DNA from: Kudoa neothunni
Lineage: Eukaryota > Animalia > Cnidaria
Direction: 5' to 3'
DNA length: 64,000 bases
NCBI GenBank assembly: GCA_964304625.1
Contig: OZ199839.1
Location: 8,878,328 to 8,942,327 of the forward strand
This document shows, piece by piece, positions 41,834-54,143 of this stretch (positions are counted from its first letter, which is position 1; each line of letters begins with the position of its first letter). The notes beneath the pieces are model-generated. The model was not told where the DNA came from and made no database searches. It saw only the letters and a list, made by a program, of their open reading frames with translations. Made by a program: the position numbers and the translations under genes.

Positions 41834-43103
41834 TTATATACTTGCAGTTGATGCCTATCGAATTAATTGATTCAAATAGACAAATTTTATCTAGCTTACC
41901 AATGCATATTGGATAGCACCATTGAGAATATCTTCAGGAACCATTTTGTGTTGAAATCCAGTTTCTAAATTAGTCGTTGACACGGCAAATACCTATATAT
42001 ATCAGCTTACCTGCTGTTATCCATGACACCTCATGTTCAAAGGTGGCTGAACCCTCTTCCGCTACCAAATGCGATCTACAAACAAATCAGACATTATTTC
42101 TCCGTCCAAACGATTCACATTCTCAGCGATTCGTTCACACACTCAATAGGAGATAGTTGATCCAGCTATCAATAATTATAAATTGAATTTTTGTTTACAT
42201 GGAAAAAATCGTACTTCAAGCTTCTCCAACTCTGTATGAACCTCAAGATTATTTTTACCAATTGCACACGCACGATATCCCTACAAAAATAAAATAAACC
42301 ATTAAAATAATAATTCAAAACATACAACATAGTCAGCTGTTGGCTCAATACGAAATAGTTTAGGTTTACCATCTTCAAACCCAGCAAATAACATACTAAC
42401 CATAAAAAGAGATAAATCTAAGTTGGTAACAATAAGGCTACCTGCATCCATACGGTCGATAGGCAGAATAGAGAGTTTGAATGAATATATCTTGTACAAG
42501 TTCCCTGCATAGTTCCTAGATAAAATCCATTGGATTGAGAAATGTCCCTTATCTTGGAATCCACCAATTACCGAAACAGTTATTGTTATTCCCTTTCCTC
42601 GACGATAATCCCTGCAGATATCCATAGCTTTGTGTGCAATCTAAAAAATAAACGTAACACCAATTCCTTCCAATTCATAAATGAGAATGCGAATCCAGAA
42701 ACATACCACTCGACCATCTGCACTCAAACCTGAAAACACCTACCATTAAATTTAACGCTGATCTCAACACCACAACTATACCATTCCTATGCCATAATCA
42801 ACAGAGTAGATTCTTCGAACGCAATTGTGTTCGTACAATTTTGATATGGATTTTTTCAATACACACAATACAATGGTATTGTTGCCACAGATTCCAACAG
42901 ATGTACTGTGTTATAGTTGGTCGGTATCAGCTATTAATTGAACAAATTGTTTACCTGCTATTTTCCACTGATTTGTTCGCGTATTCTAATTGAAATATTT
43001 TGCCATCAGGCGAGTAGATCGAGGTTGACATATCATACTAAAATAAAAATATGCTTATCAAAACCCGCTGGTATATGTGTATTATTACGCCACTAGACGA
43101 CAT
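41834..43103 (-). CDS. PSMA3: Proteasome subunit alpha type-3 (alpha7), multi-exon
   Basis: MSSSG|YDMSTSIYSPDGKIFQLEYANKSVENS, TSVGICG, GKPKLFRIEP, GYRACAIGK...TELEK, FEHEVSWIT...HKMVPEDI. Confidence 0.93.
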
Positions 43104-44335
43104 GCTGACTGCTCACAACAGGCAAATATATGGATGTGCGCCACTGTATGCGCGACGGAAATAGGGTGTAATAGTAGTTTGGATTTGCAGAGACTAACAA
43201 TTTCATGGTATAAATTAGCATTATTGCTATTAAATAACTTTTGTAAAATAGTTTAGGGTGTGTGTTGAATATTAAGTATTATTTATTTTTCATAGAGTTG
43301 GAAGGCTATTTTTTGAAGAAAATATCTTTAATTATTTTTAAAAGATTTCTGTAGAGCAATCCATTGTATATTACATTTATATAGGTGGGTTTTAGATTTT
43401 ATATGCCTTACCTCTTAAAACAGCTTTACTAGTTATTTAAATTTTATTTATTTTTTGATCAAAAATTGCATTAATCTTTAAAATAAGACAAAGGGCCATC
43501 CCTCATTGTATTTAATAAAAACAAAATTATTAAAGAAACCCTACTACATTCGATAATCGATTTTGCACACGTTTTATAAGTTATTTAATTACGATTCTAA
43601 ACGTTTCTAATGTTTATATAACCAAGTATATTCATCATAACGATAAGCTTAGTTCAAATAGTTGACTGTAAATGGTGAAAATGTATGTCAGAAATCATGT
43701 GATAAACCGATTTTGCACACTTTTTTTCAGGCATCTATCGATCATTGAAGCATTATTCCGAGAAAAATTAGCAATAAAGCGACAAGCAAGGGTATAACAT
43801 AAGAACATTAGAGGAAAAATACAAAATCGCAAAATACTTTGAAAATCTTCCATTAAAAAATTAAGTTAACCATTGTGAGACATTTCAACATATCAAATAT
43901 ACCTACCAAAAATGACATTCTTCGAAAAAATCGAATTTTCTTACTAGTCTAAAAATTTTATTTCGTTGTCGATTGTTGTTAGAATTGGAAATTTATATGT
44001 ATATACGTTATAGTGGGTCAAAATATGACACAATCCATAATAATTGATTCTTTCAAAAATTTAAATTAAATATTACTTGGTTTTTATGCAATAGAATTTT
44101 TATTCATTTATACTATATCAATAAAAAGGACGATAACTTTTTCCGTCACATTGAAAATGGGATACTTTATTACTACGTGAATGCGTAAAAAGTGTGCGAG
44201 AGTGGTTGCGGCCGACTTTTCACACTTTTTTCATGGTCCGGAAGGAATCAATTATGCAAAATCGGTTGCCTATCGTAGTATAAATTATAAAAAATAAAGG
44301 CGATTTTATTTTGATCCGATAAAATGGAAACCAAC

Positions 44336-46944
44336 AGAAATTGCTTCTTACATACAATAGATGCAGGAAATATAAATTTGAAATAAAATTCATACATAGA
44401 ATATACTTTTGGTAAATCATAAATTTATTAAAAAATACAAATATATAATATTTTAATAATGAAAGATATAATTATTCGTTAAACGATAATCAAATACGAA
44501 AAATATATAATAGGATTAATTTACCAATGAAAATATTCTTCGTTTATTTATATTGAATCAACTTCGATTCAAATGCTGCTAATATTTTCATTTTTGTTAA
44601 TTCACTACGTAGCTTTAGGTAATTTCATTTGTGAATCATTAATCAATACTTTTATAGATATAAGGCTTACGAGCTATACAAAATCTGAGAATGAAATAAC
44701 TGTGACAGGAGTAGAACCAACGGAAAGATTTAGAATAAATGTTGATACTGCTGAATGTGAAGAATTTAGTTATTTTGGAGCTGGGCTTGATTTCAACAAT
44801 TTCAAGTCAAGACAGGAGTGCAAAAACCACTGTAAGTTAAAATAAAGTATTGATTTGACTGATCAATTGTAGTGGTTGCTTCTCCCGATCAAATGCTCAA
44901 AGGTTGTAAGTACCCCTTGGAGAACCAACCGGGTAGTCTTTGCAAAAAATCAACGACGAATTTTAAAAGATTCTTTAAATATGTTCCTCAAAACATTGAT
45001 AAGTCCAACGGAACAATTACGCCAGAAGAGTACCAATGTAGAGGATTCCAGTCTAAGGGTTGCGAAGATTCCGAATATGTTTATGAAAACGAAAGAGTCT
45101 GTCAAAATGCTTGTTTAGGTTACAAAATATATTAAAGCATTACTGATAATATTATAGCAAAACGAAATGAAATCCCAAACGAATTTGATTGCATTGTTCC
45201 TCACAAATTAACTAATCCTCCTGATGGTGGAGAAATGCAGTACGACGTGAAGATAGTTTACAATAAGGACAAAAATCAGTGCCTTTATACAGCCGTAGAC
45301 ACCAATCAAGAGAGAGGGATATTTAAAAAATTTAAGGACTGTGTCAATACATGTGTAACAAAAAGTAACAAAACGATTTATCATTATCCTGATTTGTTAA
45401 AATGTCTCTAAATAGGACCAGAGGATAAAAGATGGCCATGTACTGGAGCTCCTTATCAAAGCAAATGCGAAGGTCCAGTCAATCTGAAATACTACTACAA
45501 CATAACTTCAAAGTTGTGTTTTCCTTTTTATTCCACCGAATGTAAAAAACCAGAGGGAGTGAATCAATTTGATAACGTAGAATTATGTGCTGGAAAATGT
45601 CCGGTTGGTATGTGTTTAGATTTTTTTACAAAGATGTTATAAAATGGAAATAGCTGAACAAACGTGGAGGAATGCAGTAGCGTTTTGTCACGAAAGGCCC
45701 AATGCTGGAAAGGGTTCGTTGGACCTTCCAAGATGGTACTTTGACGTTGAAACCAGAGATTGCTATTTGTTTGCTTATAAAGGCATTGGAGGAAACAAGA
45801 ATAGGTTCATAAAGAAAGAACTGTGTTTGGCATCCTGTAGTCAATCATCTTACCAATTAACGCTTTCACCTTCTCCTTTGTCAAAGGACTATTATAAATC
45901 AAATAACGGCTAAGACACCGATACAGTCATCTCTGGATATTGCATTATTGCATTATTGCGTAATTGTTAATTATAATTTATAAACCATCTTCAATCATTG
46001 AAATATATCTATGAAAAATTTATTGTTTATTTATTTAAACGTATTTATTTGTATGGATGCTTGAAGGAGGTTATTTTAATGATAATTGAATCCTCATGAA
46101 AAAATTAGTCCCAATTTTGAGGATTCTTTTTGTATTGCAAAAACGATGCTACTATAAGGTTACATATTTTTTTAGTTTTTACTGGATAATTAGTATCTTC
46201 AATAAATAAGAATTAAATATATTTAATCAATTGTTAACCTCTAAAGTTGCTATTAAAAATAAAGATGTTGTCTATAATTCTTATATTATGTACATTACAA
46301 ATTAACCAAATGGTGACTTTGAATTTGGTACTAATTATTTTTGTTTAAAAAAAATTTTACAAAAATGTCATCTGAAAATATTCGCGAAGCTTTTGTAATA
46401 GATTGAGATTAACGTTAATTTAAAAAAGTTCATCGAATTATTTTTCCTCGCATTTAATCATGAAGGGATTTATTGGCGAAAATATAGAGAAAATATTTTT
46501 CATTCTGATTAGATTCCAAACATTACGTTTATTATTAAAATAAATGAAAAAGTTAGGTTATATATCGTGACTTCTCTAATGATATCGGTTTATGTTATTA
46601 TATTTTCGCAGCTAATTCCCATATTTATAATAACGTTTGAATAAATTATATTAAAACTATTGTTATGACCAAATATTATTACCACTCAGATTAGGGTAGT
46701 TATTAGGTTGTTAATGAATCAGTTTGATATGTTGAAATATTTCTACATTAATAAATATATTATGATATTCTTATATATGAATTTAACGAGCAGTATTAGG
46801 TATTTTATATTAAAAGAGTAAAGAAAGTATTTAAAATGTTACTTTAATTCATACGTTATTGTTCCGAGTGTATTTGAGATCCATTAGATCTCAATAGATG
46901 TTTGAATCAATTTTAGAGAACCTTATAATACACCAATAAATTTA
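44336..46944 (+). repeat. Segmental duplicate, copy 1 (about 2.6 kb; partner 51462-54086)
   Basis: Base-by-base identity with copy 2 across promoter, introns and 1 kb downstream, except the 44911-45060 patch, a few substitutions and 1-nt homopolymer indels. Confidence 0.97.
44573..45913 (+). CDS. Secreted protein with five tandem Kunitz/BPTI-like domains, copy 1. Introns approx 44619-44657, 44832-44872, 45119-45157, 45365-45415, 45608-45653
   Basis: Signal peptide MLLIFSFLLIHYVAL. Kunitz signatures ECEEFSYFG...NNFKSRQEC, KYYYNITSKLCFPF...NQFDNVELCAGKC and RWYFDVETRDCYLFAYKGIGGNKNRFIKKELCLASC. One domain per phase-1 exon. Confidence 0.9.
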
Positions 46945-49900
46945 GGCTGTGGCTATTGCAACGGATCCGTTTAATCCGAATGCTCGGACTGTCTATTGCA
47001 ACGGGAGGAAATAACTCGACAGCTAACATGTCTATAAAAATTTCAACTTCTTTTTTGTAATACATGATTTTTTTGCTAAATTATTTCAAATTTTGGGGGG
47101 AAATATAATATGATGGAATATTCAAGGTGGTTATTGAAAATTAAGTAATTTCATAATGTCATTTTGATTTGATAGATCGTAGGAATACTAAAAAAGCTTT
47201 CTAAGACAATAAAATTTCATAATTGCAAAAATTTTATGTAAATCGTATGCTTTTTATAATATGAATTACCACGCTCAGGAGTCCGCGCCATTACGTAAGA
47301 CTTAGTTAACTAGTAGTGCTGGTTCTTTCGTTGGTTAACATCCCTCTGATTCGATACATGCTGTTATGGAGAATTATTAACACATTAATTAAAGATTTGT
47401 TTTCCAAAATTTATAATATGAATAATGTGTATTAATATATAATTCATTGTATTTAATGCTATGTCTCAATCTATGAAATAAACACAAATCTATGATTTCG
47501 AGTTAGATTTATTTGATACTATATATAGGACTTTAAAAATAGATTATTTGTTTAAGATATGGTAGTTTTTATGGAATAATGCGTCATTTCCTTGATTCGA
47601 TGTTACATCGCAATAATTTGAGGGTAATGGGTAATAATTCTCCACATAAAAACAAAAATTTGATTATTACAATAAAGTCAAGATCCTTTTAAGATCAATA
47701 TAAATGGCGAGCATGTAACGATTTATAGATGAAGATTAAAGTATTTTGATTGAACTAAAGATATATACTTTAGGAGAATTTTAATTATCCCCCTAAATTT
47801 TTGGGCATGTTTTCAAACAAAAATTAGCTTATATAGTAATGTGTGGTCAACAATAACTCAAATAATAGTGCGCACAGTTTTCCTTGGTTCGTTTTTCTAA
47901 TTGTTGTTGGCGTCATGGAATTTTATCTAGGAATGAAGTTTCAATCGTATGAGCAATTACAAACTCATATCGGATGTTATGAATGTTCGGAATTTTTCAG
48001 CCTGAAAATAAGAGAATCTAGGACATTAAAAAATGTAAAAAGTAAGGTCAAAAAGGTATTTAATGATGCTTTGGTTTATTATGGAATGAAATTCGTATGC
48101 ATTTTTGGAAACCTTTATAAAAAAAGGGGGACTGGAGAGAGCAAGTCAACGACGTATAAGAAAGATTGTCCGTTTAATACCGTACTCTGGGCGAGCGATG
48201 ATGGCCAATTTCTGGAAATTAAAACATTATATATAGAACACAACCATCCGTGTAACGATTCGTTGTATAAATTTTTGCCCGATTAAAGAAAAATTGACTT
48301 GTCAGATAACAATATATCTGAATTAATTGCACTTGGGGTTAATAAAAAACTTATACAAACTAAATTATGCCAGAGACCGGTAAAGTTGTGATATTAGAAT
48401 CACTGCATAACATCAACACAAAAAGATTAGCTAATATTGATGTATTGAAAGCCACAAATCTTCTAACTCAGAATTATGATTGTGATGTTAAAATTCAAAA
48501 AAACTCTGATAATGTTGTTACTGGATTGTTTTTCATCGATAAACTAATGAAAAGAGCTCTAACGTTCTACCCCAAAGTACTTCTTGTAGACGCAACATAC
48601 AAGCTTCTTCAATTCACGGTAATTTTTAATAAATATTTATCTAGTATTTAAATGAGTTCCACATATGATTTTTTAGAGCACCATTGTATTTAACTGTTGC
48701 CGTTGATTCTATTGGGGAAACGCATGTAACTTCGGCTTGTATTAATTTTTCATGATGACGAGGAATCAGTCAAATGGTACATGAACCAACTTTTGGAAAA
48801 TTGTCCTGTACTCAAGGAAAAATTGTGTACAGTTACAACAGACAGATACAAAACTTAGGAATAGTGTAAAAACAATTTTTCCAAATGCCCAACTTTTTAT
48901 CTGCATGTTTCTTGTTTTGCAAATATTTCGTAGGGAATTTTCAACATCAAAATATATTATATTATCAAAGACTCGAAATAAAATACTCCATTTGTTTAAC
49001 AAGATGATTAGGGTTAATGTTAAGGTTGAATTTGACAAACTATGCTCTGAGTTGGTCGATTTAAATAATGTCAAACTGACGGAATATTTTCAAACTCGTT
49101 GGCTGCTAATTTATAGCGAATGGATCCTTCCTCTAAGTAACGCGCAAAAAATTTATGGAAATACGACCAATGATAGATTGGAAGCTATTAATTCAAAATT
49201 AAAAAGCACTGTAAAAAGATTTTCAACATTGAGTGACTTTTTTAATAGATTCTTTACAACCATCTATTCAATGTGTATTGAACGATACAACAAAATTGTA
49301 TCATCATTGTTGAAAAGTAATCCAATAAATGATACGAATCCAGTTCAAAAATTATACTTTGAATTATTGACACCTTTCGCGTTTTAAACTTGTTAACGAA
49401 GAAATTATGTCGATGAAATGTGTTCATGATCCTATAGGGGGAGTTAATACGTGCTCCTACAACTTCAGGAAATCATATGACTTACCCTGTAGACACATTT
49501 TGTCTGCCAGAGCATTATACCTGGAAAATACATTTGAGCCCTCACTATGTGGAGAGAGGTGGACAAGAAAATATACTCTTGAATATATTCAGGAATCTAT
49601 TAACATAAATGCCTCTACAGAGGAAAACTCAAAACTCCATAAATGTGTCACAATAAATCACGGACTAAATTGAAGACATAACGCGGGCTTTAAAAATGCA
49701 CTTTTTCCATGTCAACAAACTTGCGATAATTTCTGCAAATCATTGTGGAGAATTTTATGAAAAATTTATTCTGTTGATAAAAGGATTGGAAGATATCGCA
49801 AGGAAAAAAAATAATACTAAGTTGGATGAAATTTTACATTTATGTAATATCACTTTTCCATCGTTATTTAAGTAAATTTGGTACCAAATCAGTTGGATGG

Positions 49901-51208
49901 TACTGACGAAATCCAGTTAAGTGACGTGTCCTCAAACAATCTATCTACCAGTGGTATTGCAGATAATACTAATTATTCGTTAAATGGAGATTTAGTATAT
50001 CAAATAGAAGACCGTCTTTAGAGCACTCAAATATTAATAATTGAAGGCCCCTCAGGCGAATCACAACCATTCTCAACGGATGAAAACGGTCAAAGTTTAG
50101 AAGAGATCATCTCCAATGAGCAAGAGGAAAATTGCGGAAACTTAAAAAAGTATGTAGATATTCTAGATCTAACTTATTATGATTTAATGTTATCTTTTCC
50201 ATCTAAAGTAAAGAGTGTTGAGCATCCTAGAAAAAGAAAGCAGGATAAAAAATAAAACAATTAACTATATAAATGAAACAATTAATAGATGAAAATCAAA
50301 AATTTTCCTCATGTTATTAATGCCAAAATAAATTGTTGGGTATCGTGACCAACCGTACGGTTTCTGTCAAAGAAATCATTAACAATTTCAAGGGAACCAG
50401 AGCCATCAGGCGGACCTACTCCGATTGCCAATAAGTGAGTAATGCGGTCATCCACAAAACGGTACACCTCGAACCTGGGTAAAATTCACATAAGAATACC
50501 CAGAGGTGAAGGTACACATGTTCGGCAATCGGGGTGTAGGGTCCGTCTCACAGTTGCGTTATTTTGGCCCCCTGCATAGAATCGGTTTTTAGCATCCCTC
50601 ACCACATATAACCGTTGTGTTTACTAACATTATTACTCCCTCTCTTTTTTCTGAGTTATCTTCATTTGATTTCTTTTTGCCGCGTGCACTCGAGGATACA
50701 ACATAAATTGCGATATAGTAGAGCTAATTTGTATCTTTATATAGCGATAAGATAGATCATTCAATATGTAGAAAATTAGGATCTCGAAATAAAAAGATCT
50801 AACATTTTACGCGTTATGCTAACAGCGCATTATTACTGTCTTAAGCGTTATAGCGGTGCTTCATTCATGCGCAAGTCCGGTGAATTTGCATTAGTAAATT
50901 TGGGTCTTTTAATTGAATCAACTTAGATTACTCTGAATTATGGAAAAGATAATCACGTTTATAAATTATAAATCGCTAATTAAGAACTTCACAATAATTT
51001 TTAACCTCAGAATTCATTGCCATAAAATGCGAAAATTTGGTATCTTGGATTTCTTTTATAATAGTTTAACTTTTTGGCGAAAAAATCATTTATTATAAAA
51101 TAGAAATTAAGATTTTTATAGACACGTTAGTTTTCGAGTTATTTCCTCCCGTTGCAACACACAGTCCGAACATGCGGATTAAACGGATCCGTTACAATAG
51201 ACACTGCC
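46945..51208 (+). mobile_element. Full-length decayed Mutator-like element (MULE) with a ZSWIM3-like transposase pseudogene (about 47915-49850)
   Basis: TIRs of about 105 bp (GGCTGTGGCTATTGCAACGGATCCGTTTAATCCG... / ...CGGATTAAACGGATCCGTTACAATAGACACTGCC). 9-bp TSD ATAAATTTA / ATAAATTCA. FAR1-type CPF...HNHP, VLLVDATYK, TTNDRLEAINSKLK and SWIM LPCRH motifs with in-frame stops. Confidence 0.95.
50334..50606 (+). other. GC-rich, strongly foldable island inside the MULE (unknown ncRNA, retro-element fragment or solo LTR)
   Basis: Composition jump against AT-rich flanks. Stem of about 22 bp (50408-50429 / 50524-50548), nested stem 50475-50481 / 50497-50503. Starts TGT and ends ACA, but no TSD. Confidence 0.5.
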
Positions 51209-51461
51209 ATAAATTCAACTGTTTTTACAACTTTCCATGATAAAAGAATAAATTTGATATCAAATAAAAAAATTAAATTTTAAAACAGGAAATTCATCAT
51301 GAATAATGAGTCGATCCAAAAATGTTAAGCTAAATTAGATATATTAAGCATCGATAACTCAATATAGTTAAGGTAATATACAATATTACCAATATTAGAA
51401 TAGAACTATTATAAAAGCATAAATGCTCTTTGGTCTGTATCTGAAAAAAATTAATGCCTAA

Positions 51462-54086
51462 AGAAATTGTTTCTTAAATACAATAGATGCAGGAAATATA
51501 AAATTTGAAATAAAATTCATACATAGAATATACTTTTGGTAAATCATAAATTTATTAAAAAATACAAATATATAATATTTTAATAATGAAAGATATAATT
51601 GTTCGTTAAACGATAATCAAATACGAAAAAATATATAATAGGATTAATTTACCAATGAAAATATTCTTCGTTTATTTATATTGAATCAACTTCGATTCAA
51701 ATGCTGCTAATATTTTCATTTTTGTTAATTCACTACGTAGCTTTAGGTAATTTCATTTGTGAATCATTAATCAATACTTTTATAGATATAAGGCTTACGA
51801 GCTATACAAAATCTGAGAATGAAATAACTGTGACAGGAGTAGAACCAACGGAAAGATTTAGAATAAATGTTGATACTGCTGAATGTGAAGAATTTAGTTA
51901 TTTTGGAGCTGGGCTTGATTTCAACAATTTTCAAGTCAAGACAGGAGTGCAAAAACCACTGTAAGTTAAAATAAAGTATTGATTTGACTGATCAATTGTA
52001 GTGGTTGCTTCTCCCGATCAAATGCTCAAAGGTTGTAAGCATCCCCTGGAATCTCATCCAAAAAAGTCTCTGTACGAAAACACCAACGACGTTTAAAAGA
52101 TTCTTTAAATATGTTCCTCAAAACATTAATTCTACCAACGGAACAATCACTCCAGAAAAGTACGAATGTAGAGGGTTCTCGTCAAATGGCTGCGAAAGAT
52201 TCCGAATATGTTTATGAAAACGAAAGAGTCTGTCAAAATGCTTGTTTAGGTTACAAAATATATTAAAGCATTACTGATAATATTATAGCAAAACGAAATG
52301 AAATCCCAAACGAATTTGATTGCATTGTTCCTCACAAATTAACTAATCCTCCTGATGGTGGAGAAATGCAGTACGACGTGAAGATAGTTTACAATAAGGA
52401 CAAAAATCAGTGCCTTTTATACAGCCGTAGACACCAATCAAGAGAGAGGGATATTTAAAAAATTTAAGGACTGTGTCAATACATGTGTAACAAAAAAGTA
52501 ACAAAACGATTTTATCATTATCCTGATTTGTTAAAATGTCTCTAAATAGGACCAGAGGATAAAAGATGGCCATGTACTGGAGCTCCTTATCAAAGCAAAA
52601 TGCGAAGGTCCAGTCAATCTGAAATACTACTACAACATAACTTCAAAGTTGTGTCTTCCTTTTTATTCCACCGAATGTAAAAAAACCAGAGGGAGTGAAT
52701 CAATTTGATAACGTAGAATTATGTGCTGGAAAATGTCCGGTTGGTATGTGTTTAGATTTTTTTTACAAAGATGTTATAAAATGGAAATAGCTGAACAAAC
52801 GTGGAGGAATGCAGTAGCGTTTTGTCACGAAAGGCCCAATGCTGGAAAGGGTTCGTTGGACCTTCCAAGATGGTACTTTGACGTTGAAACCAGAGATTGC
52901 TATTTGTTTGCTTTATAAAGGCATTGGGAGGAAACAAGAATAGGTTCATAAAGAAAGAACTGTGTTTGGCATCCTGTAGTCAATCATCTTACCAATTAAC
53001 GCTTTCACCTTCTCCTTTGTCAAAGGGACTATTATAAATCAAATAACGGCTAAGACACCGATACAGTCATCTCTGGATATTGCATTATTGCATTATTGCG
53101 TAATTGTTAATTATAATTTATAAACCATCTTCAATCATTGAAATATATCTATGAAAAATTTATTGTTTATTTATTTAAACGTATTTATTTGTATGGATGC
53201 TTGAAGGAGGTTATTTTAATGATAATTGAATCCTCATGAAAAAATTAGTCCCAATTTTGAGGATTCTTTTTGTATTGCAAAAACGATGCTACTATAAGGT
53301 TACATATTTTTTTAGTTTTTACTGGATAATTAGTATCTTCAATAAATAAGAATTAAATATATTTAATCAATTGTTAACCTCTAAAGTTGCTATTAAAAAT
53401 AAAGATGTTGTCTATAATTCTTATATTATGTACATTACAAATTAACCAAATGGTGACTTTGAATTTGGTACTAATTATTTTTGTTTAAAAAAAAATTTTA
53501 CAAAAATGTCATCTGAAAATATTCGCGAAGCTTTTGTAATAGATTGAGATTAACGTTAATTTAAAAAAGTTCATCGAATTATTTTTCCTCGCATTTAATC
53601 ATGAAGGGATTTATTGGCGAAAATATAGAGAAAATATTTTTCATTCTGATTAGATTCCAAACATTACGTTTATTATTAAAATAAATGAAAAAGTTAGGTT
53701 ATATATCGTGACTTCTCTAATGATATCGGTTTATGTTATTATATTTTCGCAGCTAATTCCCATATTTATAATAACGTTTGAATAAATTATATTAAAACTA
53801 TTGTTATGACCAAATATTATTACCACTCAGATTAGGGTAGTTATTAGGTTGTTAATGAATCAGTTTGATATGTTGAAATAATTTCTACATTAATAAATAT
53901 ATTATGATATTCTTATATATGAAATTTAACGAGCAGTATTAGGTATTTTATATTAAAGAGTAAAGAAAGTATTTAAAATGTTACTTTAATTCATACGTTA
54001 TTGTTCCGAGTGTATTTGAGATCCATTAGATCTCAATAGATGTTTGAATCAATTTTAGAGAACCTTATAATACATCAATAAATTTA
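51462..54086 (+). repeat. Segmental duplicate, copy 2
   Basis: Near-identical to 44336-46944; ends at ATAAATTTA, the same 9-mer that forms the left MULE TSD in copy 1. Confidence 0.97.
51701..53053 (+). CDS. Five-Kunitz-domain secreted protein, copy 2. Apparent frameshifts are all +1 homopolymer extensions, so it is probably intact
   Basis: Same exon structure as copy 1; about a dozen single-base run extensions (ttttcaag, gcgaaagat, gccttttat, gagagggg, gcaaaatg, ttgggagg) and no nonsense substitutions seen. Confidence 0.7.
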
Positions 54087-54143
54087 AGGTAATCACTATT
54101 CTTTTATTAATATGCGCTCTATTAATCTTTTAAAAGAAAATAT

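Noticed and set aside
51701-53053. Calling Kunitz copy 2 a pseudogene
   Set aside because: All disruptions are +1 homopolymer extensions, also seen in its non-coding parts; typical of sequencing error.
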